Notes: generated from the sequence alone by a model not told the origin. Numbered from the stretch's first letter, positions 28,132 through 38,832 are shown. The stretch: 64,000 nucleotides of DNA from Rhodobacteraceae bacterium PARR1 (GCA_002256185.1 NKIT01000001.1:16207-80206); one strand, 5' to 3'. Translations and numbers: made by a program.

Positions 28132-29259
28132 TCAGGCTGCCTTGAACTTGTCAGCATATTCCGCGCGCTTGGCGAGGAATTCTGCCGATTGATCCGGCCA
28201 CCACCACAGGTTGGCCAAAGCCGCATCGTTGAAGGTGGCATTGTAGAAGGCCGACACTTCCGGATCCATCAGCTCGGGTCCGCCCTTGCCAACAGGGTTC
28301 GCGCCGAATGCGGTTGCCCACAGCGACGACCCTTCAGCCGAGGAGACCCACTTGGCAAACTCATGCGCCTGTTCAACGTTGGCGGCGTTCTTCATCAGGA
28401 TCAGACCCTGGTTCCAAGCAAAGGCGCCTTCAGCCGGGGCGACATAGCCGTAGTTGCCCTGCTTGCCCATGTTCAGACCGGTCGAATCCCAGCACAGACC
28501 AACCGTCGCGCCGTTGGCCAAGAAGCCAGCCTGCGCTTCGTTTTCGCCCGACCACCACTGAACGATATTGCCCTTGGACTTGATGGCCTCGGCCAGCGCG
28601 ATGTCCCACAGTTCGGTCATCGCAGCCATGTCGGTGTAGCCATCCATCCACGGACGCGGCAGTTTGCCGGTCGCATCCAGCCAGCGGCCCATTGCGGCCA
28701 GCGCCGAGTGCGGACGCAGCACGACCTGGTTGGCCGGGTCGAACAGCGCGCCCAGCGAGGCAGGCTCGCCCAGCGTGGCATTGTCCTTGTCCACGACCAG
28801 CGCTTCGGTGCCCCAGACGGACAGAACGATCAGACGCTGACCGTCGATGGTCGAACGCTCACCGATAGAGCCGTCGGCCATGCCGGGCAGGTAGTTGTCC
28901 AGCGCCAGCTTGGCGGTGTCCCAGCCCTGAACCAGACCGTTGGAACTCCAAGCGGCAACGCGGTCCACGGTCGGCTCATAGATGTCCATGCCGCCGGTCG
29001 AGATCATCGCCTTGGCTTCGGCGAACATGTCGTCCTGGCTCGGCATTTCTTTGAAGTTCACCTTGATGCCGGTGGCAGCTTCAAAAGCCGGAACGACCTT
29101 TTCGGTCATGCCCGGATAACCGGCCCAGCCAGTGAAATTCAGCTCGCCCGAAGAGGCCAGCGCCTTTTTCGAGATGATCGCCGGAGCAGCCAGCGCGCCA
29201 AGCATCAGGGCCGAGCCCTTGAGCACTGTGCGGCGGTTCAGCAGAAGTTCTTTTTTCAC
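28132..29259 (-). CDS. ABC transporter periplasmic substrate-binding protein (PotD/PotF-like, family 1)
   Basis: GTG start at 29259 (VKKELLLNRRTVLKGSALMLGALAAPAIIS, a Tat/Sec-like signal) preceded by GGGGAGA. The mature domain is typical of polyamine/opine-type SBPs. Confidence 0.82.
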   Translation of the reverse strand: MKKELLLNRRTVLKGSALMLGALAAPAIISKKALASSGELNFTGWAGYPGMTEKVVPAFEAATGIKVNFKEMPSQDDMFAEAKAMISTGGMDIYEPTVDRVAAWSSNGLVQGWDTAKLALDNYLPGMADGSIGERSTIDGQRLIVLSVWGTEALVVDKDNATLGEPASLGALFDPANQVVLRPHSALAAMGRWLDATGKLPRPWMDGYTDMAAMTELWDIALAEAIKSKGNIVQWWSGENEAQAGFLANGATVGLCWDSTGLNMGKQGNYGYVAPAEGAFAWNQGLILMKNAANVEQAHEFAKWVSSAEGSSLWATAFGANPVGKGGPELMDPEVSAFYNATFNDAALANLWWWPDQSAEFLAKRAEYADKFKAA

Positions 29260-29405
29260 GTGAGTCTCCCCGTTTATTAATCCGTCGGCACCGAGTTTCG
29301 TTTCTTTCCATGACTGCCCGATGACACAGGCCACATGGAACGCTGGCGCGTCCGTTCGTGGCCGAACCTTAAGCGGCGCTGGATTGTGACGTCAAACGAA
29401 TCTGA

Positions 29406-29421
29406 TTGTCTGGTCAGACAA
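29406..29421. promoter_or_regulatory. 7-2-7 inverted repeat TTGTCTG-GT-CAGACAA upstream of the ABC importer operon (candidate operator)
   Basis: Read directly from the sequence. It lies about 150 nt upstream of the SBP start codon. No cognate regulator gene is adjacent. Confidence 0.3.
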
Positions 29422-29490
29422 GAAAAGAACTTCATCGTCGCAACGGGGGATAACGCCCGAATTCGCCCCTTTGCAGCGTCCGAAACCTGC

Positions 29491-29529
29491 AAAAGAAACA
29501 GGCGTCACAATCCGCGATTGTGACGCCTG
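29491..29529 (-). terminator. Rho-independent terminator of rhaI
   Basis: Perfect 14-bp stem caggcgtcacaatc/gattgtgacgcctg (29499-29512 / 29516-29529), followed on the minus strand by UUUCUUUU (29491-29498). It lies 25 nt after the rhaI stop. Confidence 0.85.
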
Positions 29530-29553
29530 TGCCGTGCTTAGCTGACTCTGGGA

Positions 29554-30837
29554 TCAGACGATTCCACCGCCCGCGCCGCTGACCTTGGGACGCACCGCCG
29601 CAACCTTGGCCCGGTAGCCTGACGCGCGGTAGGTGGCCACAGGATCAATCGCCCCGCCGGACTGGTAGCGCGCCATCGCCAGAATCGGTTCTACATCCGT
29701 GCGGAAGCCGCGTTTCAACGTGGTCGTCGCCATCAGGGCATCATTGCCCTCTTGCGCTGCATACAGCGCCGTCCGGTCCACCAAAAGCGCCTGCGCATAG
29801 GCACGCTGCACCTCGGTCGCCGACACCATCAGGCTTTCGATGGGATCGGTGACGTTGTGGCTTTGGTCCAGCATATGGGCCGGGGTAAAGCCGGGCTTGC
29901 CCTCAGCCTCGACCAATTCGTTGAACACAAGGAAGAGGCGATAGGGGTCAATGCTGCCGGTATCCAGATCGTCATCGCCATATTTGGAATCGTTGAAGTG
30001 GAAGCCGCCAAGTTTGCCAAACTGGATCAGGCGGGCAACGATCATTTCGATGTTCACATTCGGCGCATGGTGGCCAAGGTCCACCAGACAGAACGCCTTC
30101 GGCCCAAGCTCCTGCGCGATCAGATAGTTGGTGCCCCAATCCTGAACCACCGTCGAATAAAAGGCCGGTTCGTACATCTTGTGTTCGGTGAACACGCGCC
30201 AATCGTCAGGAAGCGCGGCATAGACTGCGCGCATCGCATCCAGATAGCGTTCAAACTGGCGGGTAAAGTTGGTCTGGCCGGGGAAGTTGGACCCATCGCC
30301 GATCCAGACCGTCAGCGCCTTGGACCCCAAGGCCCGCCCGATTTCGATGCATTCGATGTTGTGATCCACTGCCTGCTGACGCGTGGCCGCATCGGCGTTG
30401 GAAAGCGAGCCGAACTTATAGGACTGCGCCTGACCGGGTTGGTCCTGAAAGGTGTTGGAATTCATCGCATCGAAGCCCAAGCCCACCTCTGCGGCCTTGG
30501 CGAGCAGGTCCGCCGCCGGGGCCTTGTCCCACGGAATGTGCAGGCTGACCGAAGGGGTCGCGCGGGTCAGGCTTTGGATCACGCCGCAATCGTCCAGCTT
30601 GTCGAAGATGTGGCGCGGCTCGCCCTCGCCCGGAAAGCGGGCAAAGCGGGTGCCGCCGGTGCCCACGCCCCAGCTTGGCACGGCCACACCATAAGCCGCC
30701 ACTTTGGCGCGGACGCTGTCGATGCTGATCCCGCGGCGGTCCAGATGTTCACCCAAAGCGTCAAAATCGGCCTGCAAGCCCTTGATGCGCTTTTCGTTTT
30801 CGGCGTCGATGATGGTTTTGTCGATCATGATGCTCAC
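29554..30837 (-). CDS. rhaI: L-rhamnose isomerase, Rhizobium/Pseudomonas stutzeri type (TIM-barrel xylose-isomerase-like)
   Basis: 427 aa. AYGVAVPSWGVGTGGTRFARFPGEGEPR, and HHAPNVNIE. 4-nt overlap with rhaD. Confidence 0.88.
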   Translation of the reverse strand: MSIMIDKTIIDAENEKRIKGLQADFDALGEHLDRRGISIDSVRAKVAAYGVAVPSWGVGTGGTRFARFPGEGEPRHIFDKLDDCGVIQSLTRATPSVSLHIPWDKAPAADLLAKAAEVGLGFDAMNSNTFQDQPGQAQSYKFGSLSNADAATRQQAVDHNIECIEIGRALGSKALTVWIGDGSNFPGQTNFTRQFERYLDAMRAVYAALPDDWRVFTEHKMYEPAFYSTVVQDWGTNYLIAQELGPKAFCLVDLGHHAPNVNIEMIVARLIQFGKLGGFHFNDSKYGDDDLDTGSIDPYRLFLVFNELVEAEGKPGFTPAHMLDQSHNVTDPIESLMVSATEVQRAYAQALLVDRTALYAAQEGNDALMATTTLKRGFRTDVEPILAMARYQSGGAIDPVATYRASGYRAKVAAVRPKVSGAGGGIV

Positions 30838-32936
30838 CGTGTGAAGGCTTGGACGTTGCCCGCATCCACGTTCAGGATATTGCCCGTGGATTTGGCCGAA
30901 AGGTCGGATGACAGGAAATAGGTCGCTTCAGCGATGTCTTCCGGCAGGACCGAGCGTTTCAGCATCGACCGCTGACGATACATCTCTTCCAGCCCTTCCT
31001 TGTCGGTCTTGTAGGTGCTGGCGCGCTGGTCCAACCATTCGCCCGACCAAATCTTCGACCCGCGCAGCACGGCATCCGGGTTGACCACATTGACGCGAAT
31101 TCCCGCCTCGGCCCCTTCCAGCGCCAGACAGCGCGCCAGATGGATTTCCGCAGCCTTTGCCGTGCAATAGGCCGAGGCGTTGGGGCTGGCCGCGAGACCG
31201 TTCTTGGACGCCACGAACACCACCGCCCCGCCGATCTTTTGCGCGCGGAAGGTCTTGAACGCTTCGCGGCTGACAAGGAAATAGCCCGTGGACAGGATGT
31301 CCATGTTCTTGTTCCACAACGCCAAGGTCGTCTCTTCAATCGGCGCGGATGACGCAATTCCGGCGTTGGAGACCAGAATATCCAGGCCGCCAAACTCAAC
31401 CGCCGTCTGGCCAAAGGCGGCGATGACTTGATCCTCTTGCGTGACATTCATCGACACGGTGCGGACAACATCCTTGCCATGCCGCTTGGTCAGATTCTCT
31501 GCCGTCGCGGCCAAGGCCGCCGCGTCGATGTCGGCCAACATGACGCAAGCGCCTTCGCGCAGGAAGCGTTCCGCCGTGGCTGATCCAATCCCGCCTGCCC
31601 CGCCGGTGACCAAGGCCACGCGACCTGCCAGCGATTTGGGTTTGGGCATGCGCTGAAGTTTCGCCTCCTCCAACAGCCAATATTCGATGTCAAAGGCCTC
31701 TTGTTCGGGCAGGCCGCAGTAGGTGCTGACGGTATCGGCCCCGCGCATCACGTTGATGGCGTTGACATAGAATTCGCCGGAGACCCGCGCCGTCGCCTTA
31801 TCCTTGGCGAAGGTCAGCATCCCCACGCCGGGCACCAGATAGACCACGGCATTGGGATCGCGCAGCGGCGGCGAGTCGGGATGTTTGCAGCGGTCGTAAT
31901 AGGCGGCATAGCCCTTGCGATAGTCCGCGACCTGCCCCGCCAGCGCGGCGAGCGTGGCGTCGACATCGGGTGCTGCAGGATCAAACCCAACCACCAGCGG
32001 GCAAATCTTGGTCCGCAGGAAATGGTCTGGGCAAGACGTGCCCAAAGCCGCCAAAGGTTCCAGCTTGGCCGAGTTCACGAATTCCAGCACCGCGGGTTGA
32101 TCGTCGAAATGGCCGACCATGTGATGGTCGCCCGAAATCATCCCCCGGATCGCGGGCATCAGCCGCGCGGCGACGGCGCGACGTTGATCGGCGGGCAGGC
32201 TGTCCTTGACCGCGCCGCCAAAGATCACCTTGCCCGACGTTTCCGCCGCGAACCAGTCCATCGCTTTCTGGATGATGGAGATGGTCAGCTCATAGCAGGT
32301 TTTGGCGTCATCATCCCAAGTGAACAGGCCATGCGATTCCAGCACCACGCCTTTGGCCTTGGGGTTTTCCAGACAGAACTTTTCCAGCCACAGCCCAAGC
32401 TCATACCCCGGACGCTTCCACGGCAACCAACCAATGTCATCTCCGAAAATCCGCGCCGTCAGCTCGCGCGAATTCTGCGATGCGGCGATGGCGATGATCG
32501 CGTCGGGGTGCATGTGATCGACGTGCTTTTTCGGCACATAGGCATGCAACGGCGTGTCGATGCTTGCCGCGCGGGCGTTCAGGTTAAAGGTGCAATGGGG
32601 CAGATAGCCGACCATCGCATCCTCCATATGCACGCCCTTGTAGACGCCCTTCAGCGCGCGCAGCTTTTCCATATAGAGCGTGGCAAAGCCGTCCATCTTG
32701 ATAGAGCCGACATCCCCGCCCGATCCCTTGACCCAAAGAACCTCAACCTTTTCACCGGTCAAGGGATCGGTCTCCATCACCTTGGCGCTGGTATTGCCGC
32801 CGCCGTAATTGGTGATCCGCTTGTCGGACCCCAACAGGTTGGACCGATAAAGCAGCTTTTCAGCCTCGGTCATCGCGCCTGCACGGGCGTCTTCCCAAAG
32901 GTTTGCAAGCCGGGCACCGGCGGCGGCTGTGGTCAT
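30834..32936 (-). CDS. rhaD: Bifunctional rhamnulose-1-phosphate aldolase / short-chain dehydrogenase
   Basis: Start MTTAAAGARLANLWED at 32936. N-terminal class-II aldolase/adducin domain (YRSNLLGSDKRITNYGGGNTSAK) fused to a C-terminal SDR (VTGGAGGIGSA, YCTAKAA). Confidence 0.9.
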   Translation of the reverse strand: MTTAAAGARLANLWEDARAGAMTEAEKLLYRSNLLGSDKRITNYGGGNTSAKVMETDPLTGEKVEVLWVKGSGGDVGSIKMDGFATLYMEKLRALKGVYKGVHMEDAMVGYLPHCTFNLNARAASIDTPLHAYVPKKHVDHMHPDAIIAIAASQNSRELTARIFGDDIGWLPWKRPGYELGLWLEKFCLENPKAKGVVLESHGLFTWDDDAKTCYELTISIIQKAMDWFAAETSGKVIFGGAVKDSLPADQRRAVAARLMPAIRGMISGDHHMVGHFDDQPAVLEFVNSAKLEPLAALGTSCPDHFLRTKICPLVVGFDPAAPDVDATLAALAGQVADYRKGYAAYYDRCKHPDSPPLRDPNAVVYLVPGVGMLTFAKDKATARVSGEFYVNAINVMRGADTVSTYCGLPEQEAFDIEYWLLEEAKLQRMPKPKSLAGRVALVTGGAGGIGSATAERFLREGACVMLADIDAAALAATAENLTKRHGKDVVRTVSMNVTQEDQVIAAFGQTAVEFGGLDILVSNAGIASSAPIEETTLALWNKNMDILSTGYFLVSREAFKTFRAQKIGGAVVFVASKNGLAASPNASAYCTAKAAEIHLARCLALEGAEAGIRVNVVNPDAVLRGSKIWSGEWLDQRASTYKTDKEGLEEMYRQRSMLKRSVLPEDIAEATYFLSSDLSAKSTGNILNVDAGNVQAFTR

Positions 32937-33002
32937 GGCATCCTCCCTTGGCGCGGAAAGACACTCCGCGCTTTGGTCAAGGAATGTGACCACGACGGAC
33001 GA

Positions 33003-33084
33003 TTGTCAATCAAAAACGATCACGTTCAATCATGCTGCAACTGCAAAATGGCCTGTGTGATTGAATTTGATTGACAGTGATTGG
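33003..33084. promoter_or_regulatory. Array of TGATTG/CAATCA hexamers in the rhaD / rhaR divergent promoter (candidate DeoR-type RhaR operators)
   Basis: CAATCA at 33007 and 33027. TGATTG at 33058, 33068 and 33078, with 10-bp phasing. TTGTCAATCAAA (33003-33014) is nearly the inverted copy of TTTGATTGACA (33066-33076). Confidence 0.45.
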
Positions 33085-33118
33085 TTTCCCGTGGAAGTTT
33101 TGCGGCAGGGAGGACGTC

Positions 33119-33928
33119 ATGCACGAAAGCGAACGGCACAGAATCATTTTGTCTGCAGTGCAGGACCGTCCCGTCGCAACGGTGGCGGACCTTGTGGCGC
33201 TGACCTCTGCGTCCGAGGCTACGGTGCGCCGCGACATCGCCACGCTGCATGTCCAAAAGAAACTGCGCCGGGTGCGCGGCGGGGCCGAATCCATCGCGCC
33301 GCCGCAATTCGTGGGGCTGGCGGGGCGTCCGTTTTCCGTCAATGAAACGATGCACAGCGCGCAGAAACGCGCCATCGCCCGCGCGGCGGTGGAACTGTGC
33401 GATGATGGCGATCCCATCATCATCAACGGCGGGACGACCACGTTTCAGATGGTGCATCCCTTGTCCACCCGCCGCTTGCAGGTGTTCACCAACAGCTTTC
33501 CGATTGCGGATCACTTGCTGAAGCATTCCAAGAACACCGTGCTGTTGCCCGCTGGCGCGATCTACCGTGAACAGAACATCATCCTGTCGCCCTTTGACGA
33601 AGATGGCAGCCGGCATTTCTACGCCCGCCGCATGTTCATGAGCTGCCGGGGCATCGGGGCCTTGGGGCTGATGGAGGGCGATCCCCTGCTGGTGCAGGCC
33701 GAACAAAAGCTGATCGGTCAGGCGGATGAATTGGTGGTGCTGGCCGACAGTTCCAAATTCACCCAACGCTCCAGCCTGATCCTGTGTGCGCTGTCGCGCA
33801 TCCACACGCTGATCACCGACGAAGGCATTTCCGACCGCGACGCCGCGATGTGCGACGCGGCCGACATCAAACTGATCGTGGCGCAGGTCGGCGCTGCGGA
33901 CAGAGGCCAAACCGCGCAGGAGGCTTGA
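33119..33928 (+). CDS. rhaR: DeoR-family transcriptional regulator of the rhamnose locus
   Basis: Start MHESERHRIILSAVQDRPVATVADLV (HTH) at 33119. C-terminal sugar-phosphate-binding DeoR-C domain (IIINGGTTT, TNS, LADSSKF). Confidence 0.88.
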   Translation: MHESERHRIILSAVQDRPVATVADLVALTSASEATVRRDIATLHVQKKLRRVRGGAESIAPPQFVGLAGRPFSVNETMHSAQKRAIARAAVELCDDGDPIIINGGTTTFQMVHPLSTRRLQVFTNSFPIADHLLKHSKNTVLLPAGAIYREQNIILSPFDEDGSRHFYARRMFMSCRGIGALGLMEGDPLLVQAEQKLIGQADELVVLADSSKFTQRSSLILCALSRIHTLITDEGISDRDAAMCDAADIKLIVAQVGAADRGQTAQEA

Positions 33929-33967
33929 AGGCGCGGTTCCGACTAAAAACGCTCAGGGAGGACTAGA

Positions 33968-34960
33968 ATGAGCATTCTTCGCAAGGCACTGACAACGGCG
34001 GCGATGACCGTCGCACTGATGGCGGCAACCGGCGCCCATGCCGAAACCAAGCGCATCGCGCTGGTCGTCAAGGCGCTGGGGATCGGCTTCTTTGAAGCTG
34101 CGAACAAAGGCGCCGAAGAGGCCGCCACGGAACTGGGCGATGTGGAAATCATCTACACCGGCCCGACCGACACCACCGCTGAAGGCCAGATCGAAGTGAT
34201 CAACAGCCTGATCGCGCAGGGCGTTGACGCCATCGCCATCTCGGCCAACGATCCCGACGCTGTCGCCCCCGCCCTGCAAAAGGCGATGGAACGCGGCATC
34301 ACCGTGATTTCGTGGGACTCGGGAGTGGCCAAGGAAGGCCGCCAGATGCACCTGAACCCGTCGTCCAGCGCCCTGATCGGCAACACGATCATCAAGCTGG
34401 CCGCTGACAACATGCCCGAAGGCGGCGACGTGGCGATCCTGTCGGCCACCTCGACCTCCACCAACCAGAACATCTGGATCGAAGAGGCCACCAAGGTTCT
34501 GCCGAACTATCCGGGCGTGAACCTTGTCGCCACCGTCTATGGTGATGACCTTGCCGACAAATCCTACCGCGAAGCCCAGGGCCTGATCGCCACCTATCCG
34601 AACCTGAAGGCGATCATCGCACCGACGACCGTGGGCATCCTGGCCGCGTCGCAGGCCGTGACGGACGCTGGCAAGATCGGCGCGATCAACGTGACCGGTC
34701 TGGGTCTGCCGTCGGAAATGGCCGGGGCCGTGGCTTCGGGCGCGACCAAGTCCTTCGCGATCTGGAACCCGATCGATCTGGGCTACGCTGCCACCATGCT
34801 GGCCTACAACATCTCGAACGGTGCGAAAGCTGAGCCGGGCGCATCGATCCCGATGGGCCGTATGGGCGCTGCCACGCTGGACGACAACAACGAAGCGGCC
34901 ATGTCGGACCCCTTCACCTATGACGCATCCAACATCGAACAGTTCAAGTCGATCTTCTGA
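33968..34960 (+). CDS. rhaS: Rhamnose ABC transporter substrate-binding protein
   Basis: 330 aa. Sec signal (AATGAHA/ETK) and a periplasmic-binding-protein type I fold. Position matches the Rhizobium rhaRSTPQUK order. Confidence 0.85.
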   Translation: MSILRKALTTAAMTVALMAATGAHAETKRIALVVKALGIGFFEAANKGAEEAATELGDVEIIYTGPTDTTAEGQIEVINSLIAQGVDAIAISANDPDAVAPALQKAMERGITVISWDSGVAKEGRQMHLNPSSSALIGNTIIKLAADNMPEGGDVAILSATSTSTNQNIWIEEATKVLPNYPGVNLVATVYGDDLADKSYREAQGLIATYPNLKAIIAPTTVGILAASQAVTDAGKIGAINVTGLGLPSEMAGAVASGATKSFAIWNPIDLGYAATMLAYNISNGAKAEPGASIPMGRMGAATLDDNNEAAMSDPFTYDASNIEQFKSIF

Positions 34961-35028
34961 TTGACCGAACCGGGCCGCACCCGTCGGTGCGGCCCACCCC
35001 TTCCCCTTTCAGACGACCGGACACCGCC

Positions 35029-36549
35029 ATGACCGTCGCCCCCCTGTCCGCCCCGCAGCCTGTGCTGCGCCTGTCGGGCATTTCCAAATCCTTTCCCGGC
35101 GTGCGTGCGCTGTCGGATGTAGAGCTTGAGTTGCACGCAGGCGAAGTCACCGCCCTGATCGGCGAAAACGGCGCGGGAAAATCCACCATCGTCAAGGTGT
35201 TGACCGGGATCTACCAGCCCGACGCTGGCGTGATCGAGGTTGCAGGACAAGCCACCACCTTCCCCACAGCCGACACTGCCGCGCGGGCAGGCGTCACGGC
35301 GATCCATCAGGAAACGGTGCTGTTCGACGAATTGACCGTGGCCGAGAATATCTTTCTGGGTCACGCACCGCGCACCCGCTTTGGCCTGATCGACTGGGCG
35401 GCGATGGAGGCGCAATCGCGTGACCTGCTGGCGCGCATTGGCGCGACGCTGAACCCCCGCGCCGTGCTGCGCGATCTGGGCATTGCGTCCAAGCATCTGG
35501 TGGCCATCGCGCGTGCCCTGTCCATCGACGCCCGCGTGGTGATCATGGACGAACCCACGGCGGCGCTGTCCCACAAGGAAATCCATGAGCTTTACGATCT
35601 GGTCGAACGGCTGAAGGCCGAGGGCAAGGCGATCCTCTTCATCAGCCACAAGTTCGATGAGATTTTCCAGATTGCCGACCGCTACACCGTGTTCCGCGAT
35701 GGGCAGTTCATCGGTGCAGGCCGGATGGAAGATGTAACCGAAGGGCAGTTGGTGCAAATGATGGTGGGCCGCTCGGTCGATCACATTTTCCCCGCCCGCG
35801 CGCATAACATCGGTGCACCTGTTCTGACAGTGTCGGGCTACAGCCACCCCACGGAATTTGCCGACATCGGCTTTACCCTGCACAAGGGCGAAATCCTTGG
35901 CTTTTACGGCCTTGTAGGTGCCGGGCGGTCCGAGGTGATGCAATCCCTGTTCGGCATCACCGCACCGTCGAAAGGCGCATGCCGCATTGGCGAACGCGTC
36001 GTCGCCATAAGGTCCACGGCGCAGGCGATTGACGAAGGCATCGTCTATGTGCCCGAAGATCGTGGGCGGCAAGGCGCGGTCAAGGGTCTGCCAATCTTTC
36101 AGAACATCAGCCTGCCCAGCCTTGGGCGGATGAACACCTCGGGCTTTCTGAACATGGCGCGGGAATTCAAACTGGCCCGCGACTACACCCAACGGCTGGA
36201 CCTGCGCGCGGCCAGTCTGGATCAGGATGTGGGCCTGCTGTCAGGTGGAAATCAGCAAAAGGTGGTCATTGCCAAATGGTTGGCAACCAAGCCGCGCGTG
36301 ATCATACTGGATGAGCCGACCAAGGGCATCGACATTGGATCAAAAGCCGCAGTCCATGAATTCATGGCAGAACTTGCCGCTGAAGGCTTGGCCGTCATTA
36401 TGGTTTCCAGCGAAATCCCCGAAATCCTTGGCATGTCGGACCGCGTGATCGTCATGCGCGAAGGTCGCATTGCCGCAGAACTGACAGGCCCGGACATGAC
36501 GCCAGAACGCCTTGTCCGCGCCGCCGCTGGCATCCCGGAGGCTGCATGA
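35029..36549 (+). CDS. rhaT: Sugar ABC transporter ATP-binding protein (duplicated ATPase)
   Basis: Start MTVAPLSAPQPVLRLSGISKSF at 35029. Walker A GENGAGKST, a second half with LSGGNQQKV, and ILDEPTKGID. Confidence 0.9.
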   Translation: MTVAPLSAPQPVLRLSGISKSFPGVRALSDVELELHAGEVTALIGENGAGKSTIVKVLTGIYQPDAGVIEVAGQATTFPTADTAARAGVTAIHQETVLFDELTVAENIFLGHAPRTRFGLIDWAAMEAQSRDLLARIGATLNPRAVLRDLGIASKHLVAIARALSIDARVVIMDEPTAALSHKEIHELYDLVERLKAEGKAILFISHKFDEIFQIADRYTVFRDGQFIGAGRMEDVTEGQLVQMMVGRSVDHIFPARAHNIGAPVLTVSGYSHPTEFADIGFTLHKGEILGFYGLVGAGRSEVMQSLFGITAPSKGACRIGERVVAIRSTAQAIDEGIVYVPEDRGRQGAVKGLPIFQNISLPSLGRMNTSGFLNMAREFKLARDYTQRLDLRAASLDQDVGLLSGGNQQKVVIAKWLATKPRVIILDEPTKGIDIGSKAAVHEFMAELAAEGLAVIMVSSEIPEILGMSDRVIVMREGRIAAELTGPDMTPERLVRAAAGIPEAA

Positions 36550-37520
36550 CATCCTTTCTGAAATCGCGCGAGGCGCTTTTGGCGCTGGCCATTCTTGTGC
36601 TGCTGGGGGTGATCGCCAGCCGCTTTCCGGCCTTTGTCGAACCGGCCAGCCTTGCCAATGTCTTCAACGACACGGCACCCCTGATGATCCTCGCCCTTGG
36701 GCAGATGGTGGTGATCCTGACCAAATGCATCGACCTGTCGGTCGCCGCGAACCTTGCGCTGTCGGGGATGGTGGCGGCGCTGCTCAATGGCATGGGCGTG
36801 CCGCTGCCCTTGATCCTGCTGACCGTTTTGGCGCTTGGCGCGGCTTTGGGCGCGGTGAATGGCCTGCTGGTCTGGAAGGTCGGCATTCCGTCCATCGTCG
36901 TCACCCTCGGCACCATGACCATCTTTCGCGGCGTCATATTCCTGATGACCGATGGCGCATGGGTGAATGCCCATCAGATGAGCGACGCATTCAAATCCCT
37001 GCCCCGCCATGTGATCCTTGGCCTGCCGGTGATGGCTTGGGTCGCCGTGGTGGTCATTACGATTTTCACCGTGTTCCTGACCCGCACGCCACTTGGCCGC
37101 AGTTTCTATGCCGTGGGCGGCAATCCCCATGCGGCTGTCTATACCGGGCTTGATGTCGGGCGCACACAGGCGATTGCCTTTGTCATCTCGGGTATCCTTG
37201 CCGCGCTGACAGGATACCTTTGGGTCGCGCGCTATGCCGTGGCTTACGTCGATATTGCGGGCGGGTTTGAACTTGATGTGGTCGCCGCCTGCGTGATCGG
37301 CGGCATCGCCATTGCCGGGGGGGCGGGCACCGTGGGCGGCGCAGTTCTTGGGGCGCTGTTTCTTGGGGTGATCAAGAACGCCTTGCCGGTGGTTGGGATT
37401 TCCCCCTTCTGGCAGTTGGCAATATCGGGGTCGGCCATCATCATCGCCGTCGCCTTCAACGCCCGCCAAGGCCGCAAGGCCGGGCGCATCATCCTGAAAT
37501 CGGCGGAGGCAGGCGCATGA
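36546..37520 (+). CDS. rhaP: Rhamnose ABC transporter permease
   Basis: 324 aa with about 9-10 helices, branched-chain/ribose-type permease (GIDLSVAANLALSG). 4-nt overlaps on both sides. Confidence 0.85.
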   Translation: MTSFLKSREALLALAILVLLGVIASRFPAFVEPASLANVFNDTAPLMILALGQMVVILTKCIDLSVAANLALSGMVAALLNGMGVPLPLILLTVLALGAALGAVNGLLVWKVGIPSIVVTLGTMTIFRGVIFLMTDGAWVNAHQMSDAFKSLPRHVILGLPVMAWVAVVVITIFTVFLTRTPLGRSFYAVGGNPHAAVYTGLDVGRTQAIAFVISGILAALTGYLWVARYAVAYVDIAGGFELDVVAACVIGGIAIAGGAGTVGGAVLGALFLGVIKNALPVVGISPFWQLAISGSAIIIAVAFNARQGRKAGRIILKSAEAGA

Positions 37521-38518
37521 CCATGACAGAACCCAAGTCCATCGGCCGCGTGATCCCAGACCGCCTGACCAGCCCGCTGTCCCGCGCGCTCAGGTCATGG
37601 GAGGCGCTTTTGTTCGCCGTCGCTGTGGCCGTGTTCATCGCCAATTCCTTCGCCTCGCCCTATTTTCTGAACGCGTGGAACCTCAGCGACGCCACCTTCA
37701 ACTTCACCGAAAAGGCGATGATCGCCTTTGCCATGGCGATGCTGATCATCGCGGGCGAGATTGACCTGTCCGTCGCTTCGATCATCGCGCTGGCCTCAAC
37801 CGTCATGGGCCTTGTGATGACGGCGGGATATGGCACGCCGGAGATTGTGCTGGCAGGGCTGGCCACGGGTCTGGCTTGCGGCGCGCTGAACGGGTTTTTC
37901 GTGGCGCGCTTGGGATTGCCCTCCATCGTCGTCACCATCGGCACCATGAGCCTGTTTCGCGGCGTCAGCTACATCGTCTTGGGCGATCAGGCATTCACCG
38001 GATACCCCAAGGATTTCGCCTATTTCGGGCAGGGCTATGTCTGGTGGGTGTTCAGCTTTGAACTGGTCCTCTTCGCCGTGCTGGCATTAGTGTTCTACAT
38101 CCTGCTGCACCGCACCAACTTTGGCCGCGCGGTCTATGCCATCGGCAACAACCCCACCGCGGCGCTGTTTTCCGGCATCCGGGTGGACCGGGTGCGCTTC
38201 ATCCTGTTCTTGCTGACGGGTCTGATGTCGGGGATTGCGGCGGTCTGCCTGACCTCTCGGCTTGGGTCCACCCGCCCCTCCATCGCCACGGGGATGGAGT
38301 TGGAGGCGGTCACGATGGTCGTCCTTGGCGGGGTCAATATCCTTGGCGGGTCGGGGCGCATCCTTGGCGTTGTGCTGGCCGCGATCATCATGGGGCTGGT
38401 CACCTTTGGTTTTGGGCTGTTGAATGTGCCGGGGATCGTGATGTCGATCTTCCTTGGTCTTTTGCTGATCGGCACCATCGCCTTGCCGCGACTGGCCAAG
38501 GGATTGCGGAGGGGATGA
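37517..38518 (+). CDS. rhaQ: Rhamnose ABC transporter permease
   Basis: 333 aa, paralogous to rhaP ([14 protein letters not shown]). Confidence 0.85.
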   Translation: MTMTEPKSIGRVIPDRLTSPLSRALRSWEALLFAVAVAVFIANSFASPYFLNAWNLSDATFNFTEKAMIAFAMAMLIIAGEIDLSVASIIALASTVMGLVMTAGYGTPEIVLAGLATGLACGALNGFFVARLGLPSIVVTIGTMSLFRGVSYIVLGDQAFTGYPKDFAYFGQGYVWWVFSFELVLFAVLALVFYILLHRTNFGRAVYAIGNNPTAALFSGIRVDRVRFILFLLTGLMSGIAAVCLTSRLGSTRPSIATGMELEAVTMVVLGGVNILGGSGRILGVVLAAIIMGLVTFGFGLLNVPGIVMSIFLGLLLIGTIALPRLAKGLRRG

Positions 38519-38832
38519 TGGAAAAATACGCCTTCAAGATGCAGCTCAATCCGGGGATGGAGGCTGAATACCGCCGCCGCCATGATGAGATCTGGCCGGA
38601 GTTGGTGGCGCTGCTGAAAGAGGCAGGCGTCAGCGATTATTCCATCCATCTGGACCCCGAAACGCTGATCCTGTTCGGCGTGCTGTGGCGGAGGGCGGAT
38701 CACGGCATGGACGCCCTGCCCGCCCATCCGGTGATGCAACGCTGGTGGGCGCATATGGCCGATATCATGGCAACGAAGCGCGACAACGAACCCATCGCCA
38801 CTCCGCTTGTGCCGCTGTTCCATCTGCCATGA
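38515..38832 (+). CDS. rhaM: L-rhamnose mutarotase
   Basis: 105 aa. [29 protein letters not shown], and YSIH are typical of RhaM/RhaU. Confidence 0.92.
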   Translation: MMEKYAFKMQLNPGMEAEYRRRHDEIWPELVALLKEAGVSDYSIHLDPETLILFGVLWRRADHGMDALPAHPVMQRWWAHMADIMATKRDNEPIATPLVPLFHLP

